Of a DNA stretch of 64,000 nt, positions 1 to 9,465 are shown one piece after another (the stretch's first letter is position 1; each line of letters starts with the position of its first letter). Where the stretch lies: positions 12,441-76,440 of the forward strand of contig CAXTER010000010.1 of NCBI GenBank assembly GCA_964243345.1, written 5' to 3'. The notes beneath the pieces are model-generated. The model did no database searches. It saw only the letters and a list, made by a program, of their open reading frames with translations, and had not been told where the DNA came from. A program made the position numbers and the translations under genes. The DNA is from an uncultured Armatimonadales bacterium. Lineage in GTDB: Bacteria; Armatimonadota; Armatimonadia; Armatimonadales; Capsulimonadaceae.

Positions 1-171
1 GGACGAAAGGCACTGGGATAACCTCGGATTCTCGGTCGTGGATGCGTTCCCGGCGACTGCCGCGCCCTAGCGAAAGAGCGTTCACACGCAGGGGGAATGA
101 GCGTCTCATTCCTCCTGTTCTGCGGCTGAGTAGCCTGCATAGTTGGCACGTTTCTTGCAAAGCACAACGTC

Positions 172-732
172 ATGGCTGCTTCTTTAATTTTATCTAAACC
201 GCACGGCAAACTTTACTGGGGCCTGAAACGGCAGCGGTTCTTCTTCCAGCAGCGGCTTTTCGCGGCATTTTCTTTTTTGCTGGTGGATAACCAAGTCAGC
301 GGACGGATGCGGTGCGGCTTGCTGCGTTGCTGCGGCGCATCTATTGGCAGGCGCTGTTTTGTGCGCGGCGGCCTTCTGATTCAAGAGAGCTTCAATCTGA
401 CGCTGGGAGACGACGTTTTCATCAATGCCGGCTGCTGCCTGGACTTGTCCGCGCCGATTGTCATCGGCAGCCGGGTGCAGATGGCTTATCAAGTGACGCT
501 GGTGACCGGCGGCCATGCGATTGGGCCGCATGAAAGCCGGGCGGGAGAACATTGTCCCGCTCCGATTTCTGTTGGTGACGGCGCTTGGATTGGCGCACGG
601 GCGATTATCCTGCCGGGCGTGACTATTGGAGCAGGGGCGGTTGTCGCCGCCGGAGCGCTTGTCACAAAAGACGTCCCGCCGGATACGCTTGTTGTCGGCG
701 TTCCCGCGCAGCCGGTCCGAGAGTTAAAGTGA
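172..732 (+). CDS. Hexapeptide-repeat (left-handed beta-helix) sugar O-acetyltransferase, WcaF/maltose-O-acetyltransferase-like
   Basis: 186-aa ORF. The C-terminal half shows the imperfect hexapeptide pattern (ISVGDGAWIGARAIILPGVTIGAGAVVAAGALVTKDVPPDTLVVGVPA). It heads a glycosyltransferase cluster. Confidence 0.8.
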   Translation: MAASLILSKPHGKLYWGLKRQRFFFQQRLFAAFSFLLVDNQVSGRMRCGLLRCCGASIGRRCFVRGGLLIQESFNLTLGDDVFINAGCCLDLSAPIVIGSRVQMAYQVTLVTGGHAIGPHESRAGEHCPAPISVGDGAWIGARAIILPGVTIGAGAVVAAGALVTKDVPPDTLVVGVPAQPVRELK

Positions 733-788
733 CGGCTTTCTTTTTGCAGCGTGCAATTTAACCAATCTTCCAGTATACTAAAATCCGT

Positions 789-1379
789 ATGAGCAAGACG
801 CACGAGCATAAAACAACGCACGAATACTTGACGGACATGGCCGCGCTGCTGCTGGAGCTTTCTGTCGAGGAAATCAACCAGGCCATTGCGCTGTTTTGGG
901 ACAACTATCAAGGCCGCCGCCGGATCGTGTTCTGCGGCAACGGCGGGTCGGCGGCAACAGCAAGCCATCTGCCCGCCGACTTTCAGAAGAACATGTTTCT
1001 TGAGGGAGGACGGGCGTGGGAGTGTCTGTCGCTTGTCGACTCGGTGCCGCTGCTGACTGCCTGGAGCAACGACACCGAGTACGCGCAGGTGTTCGCGGGG
1101 CAGGCCAAAACCTGGCTGCGGCCCGGCGACCTACTGGTGGCGATCAGCGGCAGCGGCAACTCGCCGAACATCCTTGCCGCCGTGGAAGCCGCGCATGAGT
1201 GCGGGGCGGTAACGCTGGGCTGGAGCGGCTTTGGGGGTGGGCGTCTGGCCCAAATTGCCCAGCACAACATTGTCGTTCACAAACACAACATGCAGATGGT
1301 GGAAGATGCCCACATTGTTGTCGGCCATCTAATTTACACGGCCCTGCGCGACCGCCTGACGGCAGAGTCAACTCCTTAA
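789..1379 (+). CDS. SIS-domain sugar-phosphate isomerase, GmhA-like (phosphoheptose isomerase family)
   Basis: 196 aa. Motifs FCGNGGSAATASH and ISGSGNSPNI are typical of SIS/GmhA proteins. Its stop abuts the next start (TAAATG). Confidence 0.75.
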   Translation: MSKTHEHKTTHEYLTDMAALLLELSVEEINQAIALFWDNYQGRRRIVFCGNGGSAATASHLPADFQKNMFLEGGRAWECLSLVDSVPLLTAWSNDTEYAQVFAGQAKTWLRPGDLLVAISGSGNSPNILAAVEAAHECGAVTLGWSGFGGGRLAQIAQHNIVVHKHNMQMVEDAHIVVGHLIYTALRDRLTAESTP

Positions 1380-2474
1380 ATGCTTGACCATACCTACCAA
1401 TTTGGCTTTGTTCTGGATCAGCAGGTGGGGCTGAAAACACAGGCGCTGAACTGGGAGCGCGTCGTCTCGGAAGACCCCGCAGTCCAGCCGGCCTGGGTTC
1501 CCGTCTGCTATGCCGCCGAAGCCGGGCTGCTGTCGCGCCTGCCGGGGCTGCCATCGGGGATTAAAGGCAGCCTGCGCGGGGTTGCCGAGATTAAAGCGGG
1601 CCTCAATGGAGGCGTTTATGACGCTCTTTTATGGGCGACTTGGGCGGCAAAATCTGTTCCTAATCTTGTCTCTTCCGCGCCGTCGTTTCTTGTGATGGAC
1701 ATGACGCCGGTCCAAATGGAATCGATGGGGGCGCTCTACGGCTACCATCGCGCCCGCGCCCGCTTCGGCGCGGGGTTCAAGCGCCGCGCCACGGACGCCC
1801 TCTATGCCAAAGCGGCGCATTTGTTTCCCTGGAACGAGTGGGTTGCAGCCAGTCTGCGGGACGATTACGGCGTCCCTTCTGAGAAAATCACGGCCATCTC
1901 GCCGGGCGTGGACCAAGAACTGTTCCGGCCTGACGGTTCTGTTCGGGCAAGCGATGGCCCCGTTAAATTACTGTTCGTGGGCGGCGATTTTGCCCGCAAA
2001 GGCGGCGACCTTTTGCTGCGCTGGGCTAAAGAAACCCAAGTTTCCGCGCCCTGGGAGCTGCATCTGGTCACGCGCGACACTGTTCCTGAGACGCCGGGCG
2101 TGCGGGTCCATCACGGCGTCGCCAACAACAGCCCGGCGCTGGTGCGCTTGTATCAGGAAAGCGATTTGCTGGCGCTGCCGACCCGTGCCGACTGCTACTC
2201 GCTGGTGGCAATGGAAGCCATGTCGTGCGGCCTGCCCGTTGTCATCTCCAATTTGGGCGGCATCCCGGAGATTGTCGCGGACGGCGAGACCGGAATTCTG
2301 CTGGAGCCGGGTGATTATGACAGCCTCGTCTCGGCGCTGGACTCGCTGGTGACGGACACGTCCCGGCGGCAGGCGATGGGGCAGGCGGCTCTGACGCGGG
2401 CGCGGGCGCATTTCAACTGCCGGGTCAATTTGGGCCGCATTTTAGAGGCGATGAAGGCGGCGGCGCAGGTTTAA
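1380..2474 (+). CDS. Glycosyltransferase, GT4 (GT-B) family
   Basis: 364 aa. C-terminal GT1/GT4 signature: LLFVGGDFARKGG ... PTRADCYSLVAMEAMSCGLPVVISNLGGIPEIVADGETGILLEPGD. Confidence 0.8.
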   Translation: MLDHTYQFGFVLDQQVGLKTQALNWERVVSEDPAVQPAWVPVCYAAEAGLLSRLPGLPSGIKGSLRGVAEIKAGLNGGVYDALLWATWAAKSVPNLVSSAPSFLVMDMTPVQMESMGALYGYHRARARFGAGFKRRATDALYAKAAHLFPWNEWVAASLRDDYGVPSEKITAISPGVDQELFRPDGSVRASDGPVKLLFVGGDFARKGGDLLLRWAKETQVSAPWELHLVTRDTVPETPGVRVHHGVANNSPALVRLYQESDLLALPTRADCYSLVAMEAMSCGLPVVISNLGGIPEIVADGETGILLEPGDYDSLVSALDSLVTDTSRRQAMGQAALTRARAHFNCRVNLGRILEAMKAAAQV

Positions 2475-2481
2475 GGGGAAT

Positions 2482-2597
2482 GCCGGGGTTGTAAAAACCC
2501 CGGCAAAGAAGCGTCCTTCGGACGAAGATGAGGACCATTCCGCCGGCCTCCTCCGTGTCCGAAGGACATTTGCTGCCGGGGTTTTCTACAACCCCGG
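2482..2597. repeat. Nested palindromic intergenic element E1
   Basis: Outer arms GCCGGGGTTGTAAAAACCCCGGC (2482-2504) and GCCGGGGTTTTCTACAACCCCGGC (2575-2597) are near-perfect inverted repeats. Inner hairpins are CGTCCTTCGGACG and GTCCGAAGGAC. Confidence 0.75.
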
Positions 2598-2633
2598 CTT
2601 TCGGTATCACACTACAAGGAAAGTAACTGATAA

Positions 2634-3713
2634 ATGCGCTTAGGATTTGCGCTGGAATACTCGCTGGGACATACTACCCACGCCCAGAACTTGAAGCGGG
2701 TGCTGGGCAGCCGCCCGGACATTGCGCCGACTTATGTAGACCTGCCGTATGACGGGATGGCCGGGGCATGGACGCGCCTGCCGGGCGTGCGCTCCAACTG
2801 GTCCCTGCGGGCATCGCTCGGCGCATGGCTTGGGCTGCGCCGTCAGGCGCGTCATTTGGACGGCGTTTTGTACCATACGCAGGTGACATCGCTGCTGGCG
2901 GCGGGGCTGATGAGGCAGACGCCGTCTGTCGTGTCTTTGGACGCGACGCCGGTGCAGTACGACGCGCTCGGCGCGTTCTACGGCCATGCGCCGAGCGGCA
3001 GCGCACGGGTGGAAGCCTTGAAAAAGCGCCTGAACCGGCGGGCGTTCGGCGCGGCAAAGCATTTAGTGGCCTGGTCGCAATGGGCGAAAGAGTCATTAGT
3101 GGCCGACTACGGGGTTGCCCCCAACAAGATTTCGGTCATCCCGCCGGGCATTGACACGGCGCTGTGGCGTCGCCCGCGCGGCCTGCGTCCCGCCGGCCCG
3201 GTGCGGCTTCTGTTCGTAGGCGGTGATTTTGCCCGCAAGGGCGGCGATACGCTTCTGGAAGCGTTCAAGCGTCTGCCTTCTGGGACGGCGCATTTAACCA
3301 TTGTGACCAAGACGCCGAATGCCGGGAACAATCTGCCGAACGTAACAGTCCGGCATGATGTTGGACCGAACTCGGAGGCGCTGCTTCAGCTTTACGCCGA
3401 TGCCGACGTGTTTGTGTTCCCGACACGCGGCGACTGTTTGCCTCTTGCGGTCATGGAAGCGCTGACATCGGGCCTGCCGGTCATCACGACCACCGTGGGC
3501 GCATTGCCGGAAGCGGTGACACACGGCGAGACCGGCTGGGTTGTGCCGCCGGATGACCCCTCTGCGCTGGCGGATGCCCTGCAAATATTGTCCCAAGATG
3601 CCGCGCTGCGTGGTCGTCTTTCCGCGCAGGCCGCCGCGGTCGGCTCCGAGCGCTTTGACGCGGCCACGAATTACGGGCGCTTAATCCAAGCCGTGCAGGA
3701 CGCGAGAAGTTGA
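2634..3713 (+). CDS. Glycosyltransferase, GT4 family (paralog of 1380..2474)
   Basis: 359 aa. Same signature: LLFVGGDFARKGG ... PTRGDCLPLAVMEALTSGLPVITTTVGALPEAVTHGETGWVVPPDD. Confidence 0.8.
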   Translation: MRLGFALEYSLGHTTHAQNLKRVLGSRPDIAPTYVDLPYDGMAGAWTRLPGVRSNWSLRASLGAWLGLRRQARHLDGVLYHTQVTSLLAAGLMRQTPSVVSLDATPVQYDALGAFYGHAPSGSARVEALKKRLNRRAFGAAKHLVAWSQWAKESLVADYGVAPNKISVIPPGIDTALWRRPRGLRPAGPVRLLFVGGDFARKGGDTLLEAFKRLPSGTAHLTIVTKTPNAGNNLPNVTVRHDVGPNSEALLQLYADADVFVFPTRGDCLPLAVMEALTSGLPVITTTVGALPEAVTHGETGWVVPPDDPSALADALQILSQDAALRGRLSAQAAAVGSERFDAATNYGRLIQAVQDARS

Positions 3714-4777
3714 AAAAAACGCTGCTGCTGATACCCAGCGTCTTGAAATCGGGCATCGAGGCCGAGGTTGCCGAAGACCGGCATCCGGTGATGGACTATT
3801 ACGCTCTGGCCCAAGCCCTGCGGGAGACGCATGGCTGCACCGTAGACATCCTGGACTACGCGGCGGCTGAGGCGGACCCCTCGCCGGGAACGCGGCTGGC
3901 GGCAAGAACTGGCGGCCTTGATGCCGCGCTGGCCTGGATGGGCTTTCAGCGCCGCCGTGACTATGCCGCGATTTTCTCAAACGGCGAGAATGTCGGCATT
4001 CCGCTGGCGCTGCTGCTGGGAAGAACGTCGCCGGGGCCGCGCCATGTCACCATCGGCCACCGGCTGTCTACGGGGAAAAAGCAGCTTTTTTTCACGAAGC
4101 TGGGCGTGCAGCGGCGCATGGACAGGATTTTTGTGTACGCCAAAGCGCAGGAAGAGTGGGGGAGGGAGCGCCTGGGGATTGCCCCGGAAACGCTGGCGCT
4201 GATCCCGTTCCATGCCGACGCCAAGTTTTACCGTCCTTTGCCGGATGCAGCCGTCAACCCAAACCAAATCTGCTCGGCGGGGCTGGAATGGCGGGATTAT
4301 CCGACGCTGATTGACGCAGTCGGAACCTTGCCGGACCTGTCGGTAAAGCTTGCGGCGGCGTCGCCGTGGTCCAAGCATGAAAACGAAACGGCGGGGCGAG
4401 CGCTGCCGCCTAACGTAGATGCCCGGCGCTACTCCTATGCCGACCTGCGCTCTTTGTATGCCGAGTCCAGTTTTGTTGTTGTCCCGATCAAAGAGACCGA
4501 CTTCCAGGCCGGCGTCACGACGATTTTAGAGGCAATGGCGATGGGCAAAGCCGTCATTGCGACCCGTACCACGGGGCAAACCGATGTCATTGTGGACGGC
4601 GAAAACGGCCTGTCTGTTGCGCCGGGTGATGCGGCGGGCTGGCGCGACGCGATTTGCCGCCTGCGCGGGGACGCGGCCCTTCGCGCCCGGCTGGGCGCAA
4701 ACGCCCGGCAATGGGTGGAAAACAATGCCACGCTGGACTTGTGGGCGGGACGGATTGCCGCCGCAATCGCTGAATAG
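3710..4777 (+). CDS. Glycosyltransferase, GT-B fold
   Basis: 355 aa. Motif: FQAGVTTILEAMAMGKAVIATRTTGQTDVIVDGENGLSVAPGD. The TTG start overlaps the upstream stop. Confidence 0.7.
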   Translation: MKKTLLLIPSVLKSGIEAEVAEDRHPVMDYYALAQALRETHGCTVDILDYAAAEADPSPGTRLAARTGGLDAALAWMGFQRRRDYAAIFSNGENVGIPLALLLGRTSPGPRHVTIGHRLSTGKKQLFFTKLGVQRRMDRIFVYAKAQEEWGRERLGIAPETLALIPFHADAKFYRPLPDAAVNPNQICSAGLEWRDYPTLIDAVGTLPDLSVKLAAASPWSKHENETAGRALPPNVDARRYSYADLRSLYAESSFVVVPIKETDFQAGVTTILEAMAMGKAVIATRTTGQTDVIVDGENGLSVAPGDAAGWRDAICRLRGDAALRARLGANARQWVENNATLDLWAGRIAAAIAE

Positions 4778-4918
4778 TATAGGTGAAATCACCTGTTTTA
4801 TGAAGTTATTATTACAAAGCACTCAATCTTTCAGCTAACTCTTGAGTTGGCATGAAATATGCAGTAACAATTTGTGGGACCAACCGTTAGCCTGCCGGCT
4901 AATGGGTTCCAAAAGGCA

Positions 4919-5866
4919 ATGGGGGCCATGAAGTCTTATACCGTTCGCGTATTGTCGGTCATTTTGGCCTTGTCGCTGGTTACAAACATCCTGCTGTACT
5001 TCCGTTATTCTTCCAGCCGTCCGCTGGTGACGGTCGGCAGCGACGTGATTACAAAGAAGCAGTTCCAGGACCAGCTGGAGCATGACGACGGGCAGCCGAT
5101 TCTCACCAAACTGGTTTTCACTGCTCTGGTCTCTCAGGCGGCAGCCCGCGCCGGGGTCATGCCCACCCCGGCTGACGTGGACGACCGGATCAAGACAATC
5201 GCGCGGCAGGCCCCTCAGGTGCTGTCGCCCTACGCGCAGGATACAGGAAAAATGGCCCAGTTCCGGCAGGAGTTAACCACCAGCATGGCCCTGGAAAACC
5301 TGCGTATTCAGGATGTCGCCCTGTCGCCGGCCCAGATTGCAGACTTTTATGCGCGTCATAAAGTGGCGTTCGGACTGCCCCAGCAGACGCTCACGACAAC
5401 AGTAGTGACCCAAAGCGCCGTGGATGCGGCGACCGCCGCCGACCTGCTGCGGCAGAACGACCCGCCGGATGTGATTGGCCGCCAGCCGCGCCTGCGGGTT
5501 GTTGGAATTGGCGGCTACTACCCGGACTTGCAGATTTTGCCGGCGGCGCTGAGGCAGCAAACGACGGATTGGACGCAGTCGGCGCGAATGGGCGCGGTGA
5601 AGACCTTTCAGGCTGGGACGTACTTTTTGACGTTCCGCGTGACCGGGAAGCGTCCTTCGGTCATTCCGCCCTTAAGCCAGGTGCGCGGCGAAGTCGAGCG
5701 GGCCGCCCGCCTGGAGCTTGCTCCGTCGGAGCCGGAAGAGCTGGCGCGTCTGTACCAAAGCGCCAAGCCTTCGTTCAACTCTGACAAGTACGCCGCGTAC
5801 TTTACGTCTGTCGAGCAGTATCCGCTGGGAACAAGCCGCGCAAAAAAAACTGCTTCGATCCCATGA
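4919..5866 (+). CDS. Membrane-anchored SurA-N-terminal-like chaperone domain protein (possible analogue of EpsD-type proteins of exosortase loci)
   Basis: The ORF opens at GTG 4874; an ATG at 4919 precedes a single TM helix (YTVRVLSVILALSLVTNILLYF). The segment VGSDVITKKQFQDQLE...LVFTALVSQAAARAGV resembles SurA_N/PpiD. No parvulin motif was seen. Confidence 0.5.
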   Translation: MGAMKSYTVRVLSVILALSLVTNILLYFRYSSSRPLVTVGSDVITKKQFQDQLEHDDGQPILTKLVFTALVSQAAARAGVMPTPADVDDRIKTIARQAPQVLSPYAQDTGKMAQFRQELTTSMALENLRIQDVALSPAQIADFYARHKVAFGLPQQTLTTTVVTQSAVDAATAADLLRQNDPPDVIGRQPRLRVVGIGGYYPDLQILPAALRQQTTDWTQSARMGAVKTFQAGTYFLTFRVTGKRPSVIPPLSQVRGEVERAARLELAPSEPEELARLYQSAKPSFNSDKYAAYFTSVEQYPLGTSRAKKTASIP

Positions 5867-6012
5867 GTTTTCATAGAAAACAAGCAAATTTGCGCTATAC
5901 TTCACTGAGTGCTTTTCTGCTATCATTTTCGTCAGAAAGAAGGTGATTATTAAATATGCTTATCAACGATACTATTCGGTCATTTTCTCACAACAAAGGA
6001 CTTCATCCGCTT

Positions 6013-6756
6013 ATGAAACTCAACAAGTCAACTGCTGGCATGATCGCTGCCGCCGGCCTGACAGTCATCGCCGCAACCGGCGCAATGGCCCAAAGTGCCG
6101 CCCCGGCACCCGCGCAGCTTACATTCGCTTCCGCGACGGGAACCGGATCACCGGCCGCCCAGAGCGTTGTCTTCACTTATACCGGCGGTGCAAACGGCCA
6201 GTTCATTACGACGCCCGGCGCACTCTTTTCTACGACCTCGTATCCATCTAGTGACCCCTCGGCAACATTGAGCTTCACGGGCTTCAGCGCCTCCGCGCCG
6301 GTAACGGGAGCCGGTGTGGCTGGCGATCCCTATGAGCAGGCTCTTGGCGGCGGGACATTCTCGCTGGTCGGCAGCAACGGTGCAGACCTGCTGGATGGAA
6401 CCTTTACCGGCGGCAACCTGCTGTCCGTCATTTCCACCGGCTCGACCGCGTCGATCACCAACTCGGTGAACGGCGTAACCTACACCGGCGGCAGCGACTT
6501 TATCAGCTCCGGGCTGTACAATCCGGGGTCGTTCTCCATCTCCATGACGAGTGTTTCGCCTGCGCCCACCGTGACAAACGGCTACCTGGATGCATTCAAG
6601 GCAGGCGGCACAAGCACTTTCAGCGCGTCTACGGTTCCGCCTGCGGGTCCGCCTGCGGTTCCTGAACCCGCGACGGTCGTTCCGTTCCTGCTCGGTGGCC
6701 TCGGCCTTCTGGCCCTGGCAGTCCGCAAAACTCGCCGTTCAAGCGTTTCTGCTTAA
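6013..6756 (+). CDS. PEP-CTERM sorting-domain secreted protein
   Basis: Signal peptide: MKLNKSTAGMIAAAGLTVIAATGAMAQ. C-terminus VPEPATVVPFLLGGLGLLALAVRKTRR gives the PEP motif, a TM helix and a basic cluster. It lies directly upstream of the exosortase gene. Confidence 0.85.
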   Translation: MKLNKSTAGMIAAAGLTVIAATGAMAQSAAPAPAQLTFASATGTGSPAAQSVVFTYTGGANGQFITTPGALFSTTSYPSSDPSATLSFTGFSASAPVTGAGVAGDPYEQALGGGTFSLVGSNGADLLDGTFTGGNLLSVISTGSTASITNSVNGVTYTGGSDFISSGLYNPGSFSISMTSVSPAPTVTNGYLDAFKAGGTSTFSASTVPPAGPPAVPEPATVVPFLLGGLGLLALAVRKTRRSSVSA

Positions 6757-6803
6757 ACTTGCGTTTTTGACGGCAAAACTCACATAAACGAAACGAGACA
6801 ACA

Positions 6804-6841
6804 GAGCGGCGGCGTTGTTTAGACAGCCCGCCGCTTTTTTC
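6804..6841 (+). terminator. Rho-independent terminator after the PEP-CTERM gene
   Basis: GC stem AGCGGCGG...CCCGCCGC followed by TTTTTT (6835-6840). Confidence 0.7.
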
Positions 6842-6931
6842 GGTCTGCTCACTGCCGAACCCGTAATATTGACAGTGTTCGCAAGCTGAGTTTCGCCGAA
6901 GATAAAGTAGAACTCTGACTGAATTTAACTT

Positions 6932-7834
6932 ATGGCTGTGGTCTCGGCAAAACTCAGAACAACGGCGGTGAACCTCGGCTTTTGGCGGCTTGCAGTGCCG
7001 TTTGCGCTGCCGGCGCTGCTGCTCGGCATTCTGGCCTGGCCGGTGCTGCGGTTCTGGGCATATGAGTACACGCAGCCGGAGTCCTATTACGGCCATGCGC
7101 CGCTGATCCCGCTGATCGCCACACTGATGCTCTGGCACAAGCGCCTGGCGCTGGCTGGGCCGGTCGCAGCGGCGGCGGCGGCGAGACGACCGGCGCTTCC
7201 GGCGGTCCTGCTGACGGCGGCGGGGCTGGCGCTGCTGGTGTTCGCGCTGAAGCTTCAGGCGGAAGCGCTGGAGTCGACCGGGCTGCTGCTGACGCTGACC
7301 GCAGGTGCCTGGCTGGTGCTTGGCACGGCGTTTGTTCGCGCGGCTTGGTTTCCGCTGGGCTTTGTGTGGCTGATGGCCCCGCTGCCCGGCCCGGTGCTGA
7401 ACGAGGCGACCCAGCGGGCGCAGATGCTGTCTACGGTTTTGGCCGATAAGTGGCTGCACCTGATGGGGTTCGGCACGACGCTGGTAGGAAACGTCATCCA
7501 AATGGACGATTACTCGCTGTTTGTGGACGTTCCGTGTTCCGGGTTCAAGCTGCTGCTGGCGCTTTTGACATTCAGCGCGGCATTTGCGTTTTTGGTGGAC
7601 GGCGCAGTGCTGAAGCGGCTGGCGCTGTTTGCGTTCAGTGTTCCGCTTGCTTTAGTGGTCAACAGCGTTCGAATTGCGCTGATTGGAGTTGTCGGCGAGT
7701 GCATCGGTGCTCCTGCCGCCCATGTGTTCCACGACTACAGCGGACTGTTGACGCTCTCGCTCGGTTTTTTTGCGCTGTTTGGCCTCGCGAAAGGGTTGGG
7801 ATGCCGCACGTTTGCCGGATGGGCTATCTTTTAG
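6932..7834 (+). CDS. Exosortase (Xrt/EpsH family transpeptidase)
   Basis: 300 aa, polytopic. Motifs: YYGHAPLIPL, DVPCSGFK (Cys), NSVRIALIG (Arg), HVFHDYSG (His). Confidence 0.85.
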   Translation: MAVVSAKLRTTAVNLGFWRLAVPFALPALLLGILAWPVLRFWAYEYTQPESYYGHAPLIPLIATLMLWHKRLALAGPVAAAAAARRPALPAVLLTAAGLALLVFALKLQAEALESTGLLLTLTAGAWLVLGTAFVRAAWFPLGFVWLMAPLPGPVLNEATQRAQMLSTVLADKWLHLMGFGTTLVGNVIQMDDYSLFVDVPCSGFKLLLALLTFSAAFAFLVDGAVLKRLALFAFSVPLALVVNSVRIALIGVVGECIGAPAAHVFHDYSGLLTLSLGFFALFGLAKGLGCRTFAGWAIF

Positions 7835-8481
7835 CGCTTTTAATCGGCGTGGCATTAATTACGGCGATGGCCTGGAAGCCGGCCCCGCCGGCCCGGTTCG
7901 CCGGGCTAATCGGGCGGGATGTGCCGCGCTCCGCCCCCGGCTGGGCCAGTGGGCCGGATGACGCGGTTCCGGCGGACGTGCAGGCCGCGCTTGCTTCTGC
8001 GTCGCTGACATCGCGCACCTACCTGCCGTCCGCGGACAACGCGCTGCCGGGGGCGGAGCCGGTGTCCTTCGTTTTGATCGGAGGCACGGACCGAAGCGCC
8101 CTGCATGATCCGCGCTCGTGCCTGATTGGGGCGGGAATGCAGGTAACGGGCGACCATTTGGAGACGCTGCCGGGAACGGGCATTCAGGCCCGCGCCTGCC
8201 GCGCCATCAGTGGCCTGAACAGCAGCGGCCAAAACGGCGGCTATGACATGATTTATTTGTATTTAGTTAATGGGCGCATCGTTAATCAAGCCACCCAAAT
8301 CCGGGCGGCAATGCTTTGGAGCGCCCTGCTGGGCCGGCGCGGGACGCCGGTGTATTTTCTGCGCTTCACGCGCCCTTTGGATTCTGATCCGCGCTCCGAT
8401 GCGCGGGGCCATGCAGCTTTGCTGCAATTCGCCACGGAAATGTGGAGAACGCTTCAGCCCCGGCTGCTGTCCTCCCCATAA
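7801..8481 (+). CDS. EpsI-family exosortase-associated protein
   Basis: The tracked ORF (7450..8481) overlaps the exosortase for 350 nt. An ATG at 7801 (or 7819, MGYLLALLIGVALITAMAW) gives an N-terminal TM anchor and a periplasmic domain, as in EpsI, with a short overlap with the exosortase stop. Confidence 0.6.
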   Translation: MPHVCRMGYLLALLIGVALITAMAWKPAPPARFAGLIGRDVPRSAPGWASGPDDAVPADVQAALASASLTSRTYLPSADNALPGAEPVSFVLIGGTDRSALHDPRSCLIGAGMQVTGDHLETLPGTGIQARACRAISGLNSSGQNGGYDMIYLYLVNGRIVNQATQIRAAMLWSALLGRRGTPVYFLRFTRPLDSDPRSDARGHAALLQFATEMWRTLQPRLLSSP

Positions 8482-8497
8482 GGAGAAGGTTACGCTC

Positions 8498-9316
8498 ATG
8501 CTTCGCAAAATCACAGTCGCCAATATCGCCTTTCATAATGTGACGATGGAAGAAGCGGTCACCTGCATCGTGCAGATGGCCCAGAAGACCGAGCGGCCCC
8601 GCTATGTCTGCACCGGTAACCTCGATCATTTGGTCACGCTGGAGCATGACGGCGAGTTTCGGGCGATCTACAAAAACTCCGATTTGACGCTGGCTGACGG
8701 CAAGCCGGTGGTGCTGCTGTCGCAGATTGCCGGCGGCGAGCCGCTTTGCGAGCGGGTGACAGGGAGCGACCTGTTTTGGGAGCTGGCGCGGGCGTCGGCG
8801 GTCACCGGCCTGCGGCTGTTTTTCCTCGGCGGCGCGGAAGGCGCGGCGGACGCCGCAAAAGCGGCGGTTCTGAAGCGTTATCCGGCGGCGGTCATTTGCG
8901 GGACTTACTGCCCGCCTAAAGAGCGGTTTGCAACGGATGAGGAGCAGTCGCGCATCCGCGCGGCGGTTCAGGCGTCCGACGCGGATATTCTTTTTGTCGG
9001 TTTTGGAGCGCCTAAGCAGGAGAAATGGATTGCGGCGAATAAAGACCTTCTAAGTGTTCCGGTTTCCATTGGGGTCGGCGGCTCGTTTGAGATGGCCTCT
9101 GGCTTAGTCCGGCGTGCGCCCGTCTGGATGCAGGATGCGGGCCTGGAATGGGCATACCGGTTCCTGCAGGAGCCGACCCGCCTGTGGGATCGATATTTCG
9201 TGCGTGATTTGCCGTTTCTGCTTGTGCTTGTTTGCCGCACTTTGGCGGAGCGCCGGGCGCGTTCCGCCGCTTCTTCTGCCTTGTTGTCTGCGCTGCCGGA
9301 GATTGAAGTTTCTTAG
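8498..9316 (+). CDS. WecB/TagA/CpsF-family glycosyltransferase
   Basis: ATG at 8498 preceded by AAGGAGAAGG. Motifs: TGNLDHLV, DLTLADGKPVV, FLGG, ILFVGFGAPKQEKWI, IGVGGSFE. Confidence 0.85.
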   Translation: MLRKITVANIAFHNVTMEEAVTCIVQMAQKTERPRYVCTGNLDHLVTLEHDGEFRAIYKNSDLTLADGKPVVLLSQIAGGEPLCERVTGSDLFWELARASAVTGLRLFFLGGAEGAADAAKAAVLKRYPAAVICGTYCPPKERFATDEEQSRIRAAVQASDADILFVGFGAPKQEKWIAANKDLLSVPVSIGVGGSFEMASGLVRRAPVWMQDAGLEWAYRFLQEPTRLWDRYFVRDLPFLLVLVCRTLAERRARSAASSALLSALPEIEVS

Positions 9317-9465
9317 CGCTCCCCCGTGAGCGCTTTTGTGAAAGCAGGCTGCTCATTTCTAACCCGCGCCTCCCTTATAGTTCTGCTTCCGCTGCCGAGA
9401 CCCTGCCGGTTGTTTCGGGGGTTACCCTGCGGCCTGCGCCGCTTGCCCGCGGCCCGCACGCGGTA

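Noticed and set aside
5648-5672. GCGTCCTTCGG..CATTCCGCC inside CDS 4919..5866 resembles part of element E1 (2511-2545).
   Set aside because: Only two short blocks match, there is no inverted partner, and the reading frame is intact. This is probably chance in GC-rich DNA.
7450-7800. N-terminal 117 codons of tracked ORF 7450..8481.
   Set aside because: This part overlaps the exosortase CDS in another frame and translates to Arg/Cys-rich nonsense. The EpsI-like protein plausibly starts at 7801 or 7819. The same reasoning trims 8270-8497, 15166-15261, 16303-16461, 27345-27422, 36317-36364, 43036-43092 and 48322-48462.
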